Shown here: positions 24,806 to 34,122 of the stretch, one piece after another
How positions within the stretch are numbered: position 1 is the stretch's first letter
Layout: the number at the start of each line of letters is the position of its first letter
NCBI GenBank assembly: GCA_031414515.1
Contig: JANNVS010000237.1
Span: 1-43,894 of the forward strand
DNA length: 43,894 nucleotides
Reading direction: 5' to 3'
Source: Sphingobacteriales bacterium
GTDB taxonomy: Bacteria; Bacteroidota; Bacteroidia; Chitinophagales; JADIYW01
Translations under genes and position numbers: made by a program
Notes under the pieces: model-generated
What the model was told of the DNA's origin: nothing
Database searches by the model: none
Seen by the model: only the letters and a program-made list of their open reading frames with translations

Positions 24806-26671
24806 ATGTGCGGAATTGCAGGCTATATTTCTTTAAAAAAGACACTTAATAAACAAGATTTTATTAAAGCAACGGATAAGATGAATCATCGTGGACCAGA
24901 TGCAGACGGCTTTTTTGAAAATGACAATCAAACCGTTTTTTTGGGACACAAAAGATTAAGTATTATTGATTTATCTGCTGCATCCAATCAGCCGTTTTTT
25001 TCTAATTGCGGAAGATATGTTATGGTATATAACGGTGAAGTTTATAATTATCAGGAAATAAAAAAACAACTTCAGTTAGTAACAAAAACAAGTAGTGATA
25101 CTGAGATTATTTTAGAAGCATTTGTAAAAATTGGAGTAAAATCATTTGAATTACTAAATGGGATGTTTGCATTTGCAATCTATGACATTCTAGAGAGAAA
25201 AATAATCTTATGCAGAGACAGGATTGGAATTAAACCACTGTTTTATTATTTTGATGGCGAGCAATTTGCATTCGCTTCTGAATTGAAATCTATAAGTGCA
25301 TTACCAACTATTAAAAAAGAAATAAACTATGGTGTAATTCCTGACTTTTTGCATGTTGGATTTGTTCCGGAACCGTATACAATCTTTACTCAAATCTATA
25401 AATTTAAATCCGCACATTATTCCATCTTTTCAATCGATGATTTATCAAAACCCAATTTCAAACCAACGCTGGTTGAGTTTTGGAACTTACAAAATAGTTT
25501 TGAATCAACACCAAAGACGGATTTCATTTCAACTAAGAAAGAATTAAAAAACTTATTGATTGATTCTGTAGAAAAGCAATTGGTCAGCGATGTACCGGTT
25601 GGCAGTTTTTTAAGTGGTGGTATCGATTCAAGTTTAGTTACTGCTATTGCGTCTAAAATAAAAAAGGATAAAATAAAAACATTCAGCATCGGTTATAACA
25701 GTAAAAAATATGATGAATCCGAATATGCGCTTAGAGTTGCTAAACACCTAGGAACGGAACATTATGCATTTAAATTAACTGAAGATGAAGTAGAAGAAAT
25801 ACTGCCAGCTATTATTTCTCAATATGATGAGCCATTCGCAGATTCTTCTGCATATCCTACAATGATTGTCTCAAAATTAGCTCGAAACGAGGTAACTGTG
25901 ACACTTTCTGGTGATGGTGCTGATGAATTATTCTTAGGTTATGGTATGTATAAATGGGCTACTCGATTAGACAACCCGTTTATTAAAGCATTAAAAAAAC
26001 CACTGAATATTGCTACTAAATATTCAAACGATACCATAAAAAGAGGTGGTTTGTTGTTGGATTATGTTTCACAAAAAAATATAAGAAGTCATATATTTTC
26101 TCAGGAACAATATCTACATTCAGAGAAGGATTTAAATCATCTATTACTTGAAGAGAAAGTTTCTTTCCAACATCTAAACCCAATAAACGAAGTAACTGTT
26201 CGAAACTTATCTGCAAAAGAATTACAATCATATTGGGATATCAATCATTACTTAAAAGATGACTTATTGGTAAAGGTTGACAGAGCTAGTATGAAATATT
26301 CATTGGAAAGCAGAGTGCCATATCTCGATCACCGTGTGGTAGAATTTGCTCTAAATATCCATCCTGATTTACGATACCATAACGGAATCTCAAAATATAT
26401 TTTAAAAGAAATTTTGTATGATTACTTGCCAAAAGAAATTTTTAATCGTCCAAAATGGGGATTTTCATTGCCTCTTGTTGATTGGCTAAAGGGTAGATTT
26501 AGCTATTTGATTGATAGGTATTTAAATAGTACGATTATAAATGAATATGATATCTTGACAAATCACTATGTTCAAGATTTAAAGGATCGTTTTTATGCTG
26601 GTGAGGAATATTTATATGCACGAATTTGGACTATCATTATTGTTCATTGGTGGTTAGAAGAAAATAAATAA
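24806..26671 (+). CDS. asnB: Asparagine synthase (glutamine-hydrolysing) family amidotransferase; probably a WbpS-like glycan/uronate amidotransferase given its context
   Basis: The MCGIAGY N-terminal nucleophile Cys2 marks a class II (Ntn) glutaminase domain. The PP-loop is SFLSGGIDSS. It is 621 aa and embedded between glycosyltransferase genes. Confidence 0.8.
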   Translation: MCGIAGYISLKKTLNKQDFIKATDKMNHRGPDADGFFENDNQTVFLGHKRLSIIDLSAASNQPFFSNCGRYVMVYNGEVYNYQEIKKQLQLVTKTSSDTEIILEAFVKIGVKSFELLNGMFAFAIYDILERKIILCRDRIGIKPLFYYFDGEQFAFASELKSISALPTIKKEINYGVIPDFLHVGFVPEPYTIFTQIYKFKSAHYSIFSIDDLSKPNFKPTLVEFWNLQNSFESTPKTDFISTKKELKNLLIDSVEKQLVSDVPVGSFLSGGIDSSLVTAIASKIKKDKIKTFSIGYNSKKYDESEYALRVAKHLGTEHYAFKLTEDEVEEILPAIISQYDEPFADSSAYPTMIVSKLARNEVTVTLSGDGADELFLGYGMYKWATRLDNPFIKALKKPLNIATKYSNDTIKRGGLLLDYVSQKNIRSHIFSQEQYLHSEKDLNHLLLEEKVSFQHLNPINEVTVRNLSAKELQSYWDINHYLKDDLLVKVDRASMKYSLESRVPYLDHRVVEFALNIHPDLRYHNGISKYILKEILYDYLPKEIFNRPKWGFSLPLVDWLKGRFSYLIDRYLNSTIINEYDILTNHYVQDLKDRFYAGEEYLYARIWTIIIVHWWLEENK

Positions 26672-27895
26672 ATGTCGGTTAATTGTTTATATATTTCTTA
26701 TGATGGAATGACAGATCCTCTCGGACAATCTCAAGTAATTCCATATTTAATTGGGTTAACTAAAAAAGGGTATTCATTTATATTGATTAGCTGTGAAAAA
26801 AAGGAACCTTTTGCACAACATAAAAATAAGATTCAAACTATTCTGGATGCAAATAACATTAGATGGTATCCTATTTATTATACCAAAAAACCAGCTGTTT
26901 TTTCTACAATCTATGACATTTATAGAATTAAGAGATTGGCGTTGAAGCTGCATCAAAAAAATAATTTTTCTATTGTGCATTGCAGAAGCTATATCGCGGC
27001 ATTAGTTGGCTTGCATTTAAAGAAGAAATTTAACTTGAAATTTATTTTTGATATGCGCGGATTTTGGGCTGATGAGCGTATTGATGGCAAGCTTTGGAAC
27101 TTAGAAAACCCTATTTACAAAACAGTTTATAATTATTTTAAAAGAAAAGAAATCCAATTCTTAGAAAATGCAGACTATACTATTAGTTTAACACAGAATG
27201 CAAAAAACGAAATCTTATCTTGGAATGGCATAAATAAGAATTTGATAAAAATAGAAGTAATTCCTTGTTGTACTGATTTACATTTATTCAATAAGGGAAA
27301 TATTCAGCCAGAAAAAATCAAGATAATTAGAAATGAATTAAAAATAAAAAAAGACGATTTTGTTTTATTGTATCTGGGTTCAATAGGCACTTGGTATATG
27401 TTAGATGAAATGATGGAGTTTTTTAGTGTCTTAAGAAACAAATATTCATTCGCTAAGTTCTTTTTTGTAACCAAGGATGAACAAGAGCGTATTTTACAGA
27501 CCGCTGAAAAATTTGGTGTAAGGAATTCAATCATTATCCATCCTGGTGAAAGAGATGAAATACCATACTTTATTACGCTCTCAAACTATTCTATATTTTT
27601 TATTACACCTTCTTATTCTAAGAAAGCATCTTCACCTACAAAACAAGGTGAAATTATGGCGATGGGAATTCCAATTATTTGTAATACGAATGTTGGAGAT
27701 ACCGATAGGATAGTAGATGAGTTCAAAAGTGGAATTTTAGTTAACTCGTTTTCAATTGCTTCCTATAAAAACACCGTAGAAAAAATATCAGTGGTTTTTG
27801 ATGAACAACAGATTATAAATGGCGCTAAAACATACTTCTCATTAGAAGGTGGTGTTAAAAAATATGCCTCAGTATATAGGTCAGTTTTAATTTAA
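26672..27895 (+). CDS. Glycosyltransferase family 4 (GT-B)
   Basis: The N-terminus ISYDGMTDPLGQSQVIPYL and the C-terminus SSPTKQGEIMAMGIPIICNTNVGD fit GT-B. The ATG directly abuts the asnB-like stop. Confidence 0.7.
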   Translation: MSVNCLYISYDGMTDPLGQSQVIPYLIGLTKKGYSFILISCEKKEPFAQHKNKIQTILDANNIRWYPIYYTKKPAVFSTIYDIYRIKRLALKLHQKNNFSIVHCRSYIAALVGLHLKKKFNLKFIFDMRGFWADERIDGKLWNLENPIYKTVYNYFKRKEIQFLENADYTISLTQNAKNEILSWNGINKNLIKIEVIPCCTDLHLFNKGNIQPEKIKIIRNELKIKKDDFVLLYLGSIGTWYMLDEMMEFFSVLRNKYSFAKFFFVTKDEQERILQTAEKFGVRNSIIIHPGERDEIPYFITLSNYSIFFITPSYSKKASSPTKQGEIMAMGIPIICNTNVGDTDRIVDEFKSGILVNSFSIASYKNTVEKISVVFDEQQIINGAKTYFSLEGGVKKYASVYRSVLI

Positions 27896-29469
27896 TTATC
27901 AAATACTAGTCTTTTAGGATGTAAAACCTTAAATTTTTCTTTTACTGTCTCAAAATGACAGTCTAATCCATAGCGCTGTTTTAATACTTTTATATATGTT
28001 TCCTGAAATATTTCAGAATCTGTTAAAAACAAAACATCCTTTTTGTTTTTTAAATCACTTGTAAGATTTTTTATTTTCTGAATATTTAATACATTCTCAT
28101 AATCTGGTGTACAAGCATACCAACCATAGAGAATTAAATTATGTAATGGGAAATTCGTATCCGCTGTTTGCCAAGCATTCATATACTTTAGAGGGAATCC
28201 ATCTAACCCAATAAATAGACTATTGGGATTTTTATTGATTTCAGAAATAGATTCGTTGAATATTTTATGGTTCTCTTTGTGAATAGCAAATAATTTTGTA
28301 GTACAATAAAACTTATACAAACTTAAAATCAATAACAAAAGAAATACACTTGTTTTAACTTTGTTTGTAGTTTCACTTTTATAAAAATTAAAAATGTTTA
28401 GTAATATAAGATAGGTAATTATTGGGAAAATAACTCTATGTGGAAGTCGATATGTAATGCCTAAATAAATTAGTAAAAAGATAAAAACAAGTGCATTTAA
28501 TATAAGTTCTTGATAAGCGTTTTTAACGAACAGCAAGATTATAATTATTGTTAGTGCATAAATTAAAAATAGATATCGTTCGTCTATTATAATTTTTTGT
28601 AACTCAATTCTGACTTCCTTTATATTTCTGTATGATTTTAATTTATAGGCAAGCAGTTCTATTTTATTGTCAGATAAATAGGCGTCATCTCCTGCAAACC
28701 AAAATTGAATTAATCTAATATCCTCTACAGTAAATTTATTTAAATGAAGCGCACTTTTATTTATTTTTATAGGATTTGCAGCAATGATATCTAGTGCTTT
28801 AAATTTATTGTACGTATGCTGTTTTTTATATTCATCGTTGTTATTATTTATATAAGTGCTCACTATATAAACAAAGCAAATAAATGGAAAAAAAATGCTC
28901 CTTAATGTTTTTTCTTTGGGTTTTAACAGGAAAAACGGTATGCTAAATAAAATAAGAATGAAGAAAGATTCTTTTCTAATTAGTATAGAAAGTGTTATGA
29001 AAAAAAAGATACTACATATCTTATTAGCGTGTTGTGTTTTTAATTGAAAAGAAAACAATGCAGTAAAACAACAAAACAATGCAACCGTAGTAAATTGAAC
29101 TTTAACGATACTTAAAGAAAAAAAACCGAAGAAAATAATAAAAAAGATAAGTCCAGAAAATATGCTGGTGTGCTTTTTGCTATTTAAGAATACAAAATAA
29201 ATGCCCAAAAAACTCAATAGCTGTGCTGTCTGTAAATATAGCGTATACCAATTAATTTTTTTTGAAAACAGGAACAAACCACTTAACAATTTTCCTATTA
29301 CTATATTTGTGTGTATAATATTTGGTGAAGAGACACCTGATAATATCCCAGCGCTAATTGCATACATGCATTGGTCATCGTTATTATCAAATGAAATGGG
29401 AAATAAAATCCATAAAAGAAGTATGGCAATACTGCCAAATAACATCAGAAAATATTTATATTTATACAT
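27892..29469 (-). CDS. Polytopic membrane protein of unknown function (candidate GT-C-type lipid-linked-sugar glycosyltransferase)
   Basis: 525 aa. The first ~400 aa are nearly continuous hydrophobic helices (FLMLFGSIAILLLWILFP, LLSFLGIYFVFL, IFFIIFFGFFSLSIV and others), with an acidic SFDNNDDQ loop after TM1. The C-terminal ~120 aa are soluble. Function is inferred only. Confidence 0.4.
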   Translation of the reverse strand: MYKYKYFLMLFGSIAILLLWILFPISFDNNDDQCMYAISAGILSGVSSPNIIHTNIVIGKLLSGLFLFSKKINWYTLYLQTAQLLSFLGIYFVFLNSKKHTSIFSGLIFFIIFFGFFSLSIVKVQFTTVALFCCFTALFSFQLKTQHANKICSIFFFITLSILIRKESFFILILFSIPFFLLKPKEKTLRSIFFPFICFVYIVSTYINNNNDEYKKQHTYNKFKALDIIAANPIKINKSALHLNKFTVEDIRLIQFWFAGDDAYLSDNKIELLAYKLKSYRNIKEVRIELQKIIIDERYLFLIYALTIIIILLFVKNAYQELILNALVFIFLLIYLGITYRLPHRVIFPIITYLILLNIFNFYKSETTNKVKTSVFLLLLILSLYKFYCTTKLFAIHKENHKIFNESISEINKNPNSLFIGLDGFPLKYMNAWQTADTNFPLHNLILYGWYACTPDYENVLNIQKIKNLTSDLKNKKDVLFLTDSEIFQETYIKVLKQRYGLDCHFETVKEKFKVLHPKRLVFDN

Positions 29470-29507
29470 GAATGGTAATGACTATGTAAACATAAAGATA
29501 AAAATAA

Positions 29508-30902
29508 ATGATTAAGTGGTTTACACATGAAGATCAAAATCAGTTTCTATTTCTAAACGATTTATTACTTGCTCCAATATTTCTATTTATTACATTCTTT
29601 GTAGCTAAATCATATATTTTAAATAAAAAAAATCCTGTTTATAAAAAATATTTTATTGCTGCTCTTTTTTTGCGTTTTCTTTGTGCAATCTTATTGGCAT
29701 TAATGTTTCAGTATTATTACAAAGGTGGCGATACTCAAACTTACTTTATTTATGTACAGCGTATCAGATCTGTTCTTTATGAAAACAGTTCATTGTTTAA
29801 AGATTTTATTATTGCCGCTCCAAATGATCCTTTCCTTATAACAAAGTATTTTGGAGTTGGTGGTGGTTTTTTTGCAAATGAAAGTTCTAATCTAATAATA
29901 CGTATCGCATTATTACTGAGTTATCCATTAGGTAATTCTTATCTTTTAGTTTCATTTGCTTTCAGTATCTTTTGTTTTTATGGTTGTTGGAAAATATTTA
30001 TTTTATTTTCAAACTTATACCCACATCTGGAGAAAGAATTTGCATTATCCTGTTTGTTTTTGCCATCAGTTTGTTTTTGGGGCACAGGAATACTGAAAGA
30101 CCCAATTTGCTTAGGAGCATTAGGAGCCCTAACTTATCATATCTATAAATTAGTATTTGAACAAAGTAAGGTAATACGTAGGATTATAATAATACTATTT
30201 TGTTTTTGGTTATTAAAGGTAATTAAGGTATACATCATACTTGCATTTATGCCAGCATATTCCTTTTGGATTATTTTCCGTTATAAAGAAAAGATACACA
30301 GTCATTTTATTAAATCTCTTATAAGTCCTTTTTTGTTATTGTTATCATTGGCTGTATGTATACTTGTTTTTATTAAAATCTCACAGTATTCTCAGAGATA
30401 TTCGTTTGAAAACTTATCACGTACTGTAAAAGACACCCAAAACTGGTTATACTATTCTTCACAAAAACAAGGTGGGTCTGGTTACACATTGGGTGAAATT
30501 GATTACACACCATTAGGATTATTAAAAGTATTTCCGAAAGCAGTTAATGTTGCTTTATTTAGGCCTTATCTCTGGGAGGCGAAGAAGCTTATATTAATAC
30601 CTGCTGCGTTAGAAGGATTAATTTCATTGTTTTTTACAATTCTATTATTATATAAAGCGGGTTTCATCCGTTTCGCCAAATTGATTATTAACAACCCAGA
30701 GGTGCAATTTTGTTTAATCTTCTCAATTATGTTCGCTTTTTCTGTTGGATTAACGAGTTATAACTTTGGAGCATTAGTACGTTATAAAATTCCATTAATG
30801 CCGTTTTATTATATTGCTCTTTTTATTTTGTCAGACAAACAGAAGATAAATCCTATTTCTAAGAAAAAATCACTATCAACAAAAAAGTTGTTTATTGAAT
30901 AA
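29508..30902 (+). CDS. Polytopic membrane protein of unknown function (candidate polymer-modifying or GT-C/EpsG-like enzyme)
   Basis: 464 aa with at least 10 hydrophobic segments and a YYKGGDTQTYF loop after TM2-3. It is divergent from the previous membrane protein gene with only a 38-nt spacer. Confidence 0.4.
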   Translation: MIKWFTHEDQNQFLFLNDLLLAPIFLFITFFVAKSYILNKKNPVYKKYFIAALFLRFLCAILLALMFQYYYKGGDTQTYFIYVQRIRSVLYENSSLFKDFIIAAPNDPFLITKYFGVGGGFFANESSNLIIRIALLLSYPLGNSYLLVSFAFSIFCFYGCWKIFILFSNLYPHLEKEFALSCLFLPSVCFWGTGILKDPICLGALGALTYHIYKLVFEQSKVIRRIIIILFCFWLLKVIKVYIILAFMPAYSFWIIFRYKEKIHSHFIKSLISPFLLLLSLAVCILVFIKISQYSQRYSFENLSRTVKDTQNWLYYSSQKQGGSGYTLGEIDYTPLGLLKVFPKAVNVALFRPYLWEAKKLILIPAALEGLISLFFTILLLYKAGFIRFAKLIINNPEVQFCLIFSIMFAFSVGLTSYNFGALVRYKIPLMPFYYIALFILSDKQKINPISKKKSLSTKKLFIE

Positions 30903-31797
30903 TCTCTTTTTTATTCCAATAGTATGCCAATGAAATCCCTGCAATTATATGCCAAATTCCCCACCATGCAGCAATTAGAGCCATGCCACCATTTCCTTTA
31001 AAAAATGCCATAACCAATATCAAACCTAAGCCTGAGTTGTGAATTCCTGTTTCAATAGAAATGCTCCTGCAATGTGTTTCTGGTAATTTAAATAATTTTG
31101 GAAAAAGATAGCCGATTAAAAAAGCAATAGTATTTTGTAAAAAAACTATCCAGAAAATTTGTGGTAAGTTTTCTATAAATACTTCTCTGTTGCTGAAAAA
31201 AGCACCGATTAAAAATGCTATAAAAAAAAGCAATGCTGCTGCTTTTACAGGTTTATTTATTTTTTGAATAAAATCTGGAAAATAGTATTTCAATGAAATA
31301 CCAATAAACAATGGCAATAACAACAATAGTGCTATTGAACCTAATAAATATGTAAATGAAATGTGTATTTCCTGCAATATCACATTTGCTGGTTCGTAAT
31401 GTGAAGCATAAAAATAAAAATTAAACGGTGTGGTAAAACTCGCACACAAGGTTGAAATTGCTGTAATCGTAAGTGATAATGGAACAAACCCTTTTGCTAA
31501 ATAAGATACGTAGGTCGACATATTTCCACACGGACAAGCTGCCACCATAATCATACCCATTGCAATAGATGCAGTTGGTTTTAACCACAATACTAAAATA
31601 AACGTTAGAAAGGGCAATAAAATTATTTGTGAAACACAACCAATAATAACGGATTTTGGACTGGAATACAGCGTTTTAAAATCTTCTTTCTTGATATCAA
31701 TAGCTAATGAAAACAAGATGAATGCTAGACATAGTTTTAATACAAGCAAGCTGCCGCTGTTAGCATTTATTTGTACGCTGTCTAATGAATTCATCAT
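30892..31797 (-). CDS. Bile acid:sodium symporter (BASS/SBF) family transporter
   Basis: 301 aa and polytopic. MVAACPCGNMSTYVSYLAKG matches the BASS (A)CPGG..SNV..YLA.G signature. A second half-repeat carries GIHNSGLGL. Confidence 0.7.
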   Translation of the reverse strand: MMNSLDSVQINANSGSLLVLKLCLAFILFSLAIDIKKEDFKTLYSSPKSVIIGCVSQIILLPFLTFILVLWLKPTASIAMGMIMVAACPCGNMSTYVSYLAKGFVPLSLTITAISTLCASFTTPFNFYFYASHYEPANVILQEIHISFTYLLGSIALLLLLPLFIGISLKYYFPDFIQKINKPVKAAALLFFIAFLIGAFFSNREVFIENLPQIFWIVFLQNTIAFLIGYLFPKLFKLPETHCRSISIETGIHNSGLGLILVMAFFKGNGGMALIAAWWGIWHIIAGISLAYYWNKKEIIQ

Positions 31798-31807
31798 TGT
31801 ATTTTAT

Positions 31808-32848
31808 TTATGAAGTCCAGCAAACCATAACTTCTCTTGATCCAAAATAAGGCAATCTGCCATGCGAAGTAGAAAAATTATCTATACAAAGAATATCTCC
31901 TTTTTTCCAAGATTGAATCTTTATATTTCTCCAAATAACATCTAAAATATGTTCTACATAATCATCTGGAATAGGCGAGTCATCGCCAAACGAAACATGC
32001 ATGCTTTGATCGTTTGGATTGATGCTTACTTTCTTATACCAAGTCATAACTTCTAACATCATGCTAGTTTTAAAGGTTTCCCACCTTTTTTGTCGTTTGT
32101 GAATTTTATGATATTCAATTGCCGCTGCGCTTATATGATAAACTTGTGTATGATTAAACCAAACCTTTTCATCGGTTTTAGGATGTGTTTTAAAGCCAGT
32201 ATTCTTATTAATCATACGCAATCCGTCATCTTTTTTCCATTCACAGATGATATCATGGTCTGCACATTTTTTCTCAATCAGTGTTTTGTCTTCTGTCAAA
32301 AATAATTCATTCCATTTCTTTAATTCAAAAGAATCTTTCTTATTATTTCGTGGAGAAGAATAGTTTCTAATATGCTTTACACCTTTTTTCTCAAATTCTG
32401 CCCTGATTTTTGGGTCTAATTCCTGATATACTTTTCTAAAATCGCAAATTGGTGTTTCTCCACCATATTCTGGTTCTGCATTGCAATAAAAAAACAGTCG
32501 CCTTGGAGCTGAAGGCAAAAAGCTCATTTCACAATGTTGCATAATTGGATAATGCGCTGCCAGCTCACTAGCAGAAAATACAAATTCTGTTTTCTTGTCA
32601 CGAGGCGAGGTGCCCATATAATCATTCTTTAAATCACTATCAATTGATTTTGCTACATCTTCAAAGTCTTTTGGTGTATTTATTTCAAATCCGCTAAACA
32701 AAATTGCACCTGATTCTGTTAGTTTTTCTTCTAAGGATGTCAAATTAGCTTCAATCCAGGTTATTAATTCTTCTTTACCAGTGTGGTCTTTCTCTGGAGA
32801 AATAATCAAAGGCAATTTTTCATTTTCTGAAAAATAATTTATGTTCAT
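31808..32848 (-). CDS. TauD/TfdA-family Fe(II)/2-oxoglutarate-dependent dioxygenase (SyrP-like)
   Basis: 346 aa. The ending ILCIDNFSTSHGRLPY resembles the (w)DN....H.R motif of the family. The length and the N-terminal 'ISPEK...LTSLEEKL' region are SyrP-like. The call comes from motif memory only. Confidence 0.55.
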   Translation of the reverse strand: MNINYFSENEKLPLIISPEKDHTGKEELITWIEANLTSLEEKLTESGAILFSGFEINTPKDFEDVAKSIDSDLKNDYMGTSPRDKKTEFVFSASELAAHYPIMQHCEMSFLPSAPRRLFFYCNAEPEYGGETPICDFRKVYQELDPKIRAEFEKKGVKHIRNYSSPRNNKKDSFELKKWNELFLTEDKTLIEKKCADHDIICEWKKDDGLRMINKNTGFKTHPKTDEKVWFNHTQVYHISAAAIEYHKIHKRQKRWETFKTSMMLEVMTWYKKVSINPNDQSMHVSFGDDSPIPDDYVEHILDVIWRNIKIQSWKKGDILCIDNFSTSHGRLPYFGSREVMVCWTS

Positions 32849-32924
32849 TATCTTGTACGTTAAATCGTGTTTTTAAATTTACAATTTTCTATTTTATTTT
32901 ACTAATTTCTGTAATTGAATTTTA

Positions 32925-33500
32925 ATGATAAAATTTCAAAGAAAAAATATTGAAACAGAAAGACTGTTATTGCAACCTTACGCAATTAAATATTATAAAG
33001 AAGTTTTTTATTTAATTCAGAAAAATAAATTAAGACTTTCCAATAGCTTTCCAATCCTATTACGTGCTACAGAGAACATTGAAGCAACTAAAGATTTTGT
33101 GCAGCAAAAAATATTCGATTGGAATAAGAACAAGGCCTATGGCTTTATGATCTTTGATAAGGCAACTCTACAATTAATTGGACATTTTAACCTGAAAGAT
33201 ATTAATTGGAAAATTGCAGAATGTGAGCTGGCTTATTTTATTGATGAAAATTTTGAAAGAACAGGATTGATTACAGAAGCCATGAATCGTTTGTTAAAAG
33301 ATTGTTTCATTGATATAAAATTTAATCGTGTTTTTGTACGTGTTGTAACTACTAATATTGCTAGTCAAAAAGTAGTAGGAAAATCTGGATTAAAATATGA
33401 AGGAGCTTTTTATCAGGATTATACAACCTATGATAATCAGACAGTAGATACTTATCGTTATGGTATTTCAAAAGAAGAATTTGGTAGGGTTGCTTTATAA
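32925..33500 (+). CDS. GNAT-family N-acetyltransferase (RimJ/RimL-like)
   Basis: An ERLLLQPY opening, CELAYFIDENFERTGLITEAMNRLL and FNRVFVRVVTTNIASQKVVGKSGLKYEG. Confidence 0.75.
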   Translation: MIKFQRKNIETERLLLQPYAIKYYKEVFYLIQKNKLRLSNSFPILLRATENIEATKDFVQQKIFDWNKNKAYGFMIFDKATLQLIGHFNLKDINWKIAECELAYFIDENFERTGLITEAMNRLLKDCFIDIKFNRVFVRVVTTNIASQKVVGKSGLKYEGAFYQDYTTYDNQTVDTYRYGISKEEFGRVAL

Positions 33501-33505
33501 GATTA

Positions 33506-34084
33506 TTACTTACACTTCTGGTAGCGATGACAATCTACTATATGATCATTCACCAAGCCTGTGGCCTGCATATGAGCATACAAAGTAGTAGAACCTAAAA
33601 ACTGAAAGCCTCTTTTCTTCATATCTATTGCCAACGCATCAGATTCTGCTGAAGTCGAAGGGATTTCTTTCATCATTTTCCATTGGTTCTTTTTAGGCTT
33701 TCCTCCAACAAAACTCCATATATATTTAGAAAAACTACCAAACTCTTTTTGTACTTCAATAAATCGTTTTGCATTGTTTACCGCTGCTGTAATTTTTGCT
33801 CTATTGCGAATGATACTTGCATCTAAAATCAGTTTTTCTATTTTTTCTTGATCAAACTTTGCCACTTTCTTATAATCAAAATTAGAAAATGCCTTTCTAT
33901 AGCTTTCTCTGCGTTGTAAAATTGTCCACCAGCTTAAACCTGCTTGTGCGCTTTCTAATACTAGAAATTCAAATTGTTTTTGATCATCATATAGAGGAAA
34001 ACCCCATTCTAAATCGTGGTATTGTTCATACAGTGGTTTACCGACACACCATGCACATCGAATCTTTTCTTTTGCTTTTGCCAT
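33506..34084 (-). CDS. tag: DNA-3-methyladenine glycosylase I
   Basis: RCAWCVGKPLYEQYHDLEWGFPLYDDQKQFEFLVLESAQAGLSWWTILQRRESYRKAF and the C-terminal VNDHIVDCHRY zinc-snap motif. Confidence 0.9.
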   Translation of the reverse strand: MAKAKEKIRCAWCVGKPLYEQYHDLEWGFPLYDDQKQFEFLVLESAQAGLSWWTILQRRESYRKAFSNFDYKKVAKFDQEKIEKLILDASIIRNRAKITAAVNNAKRFIEVQKEFGSFSKYIWSFVGGKPKKNQWKMMKEIPSTSAESDALAIDMKKRGFQFLGSTTLYAHMQATGLVNDHIVDCHRYQKCK

Positions 34085-34122
34085 AGGATAAAATTATAAA
34101 ATTATTTGCTCATTTTTGTAGT

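Noticed and set aside
1-30902. Calling the glycan cluster a horizontally acquired island on compositional grounds
   Set aside because: I cannot compute GC or codon statistics reliably by eye, and no flanking tRNA, integrase or direct repeats are visible. The claim would need a genome-wide compositional comparison.
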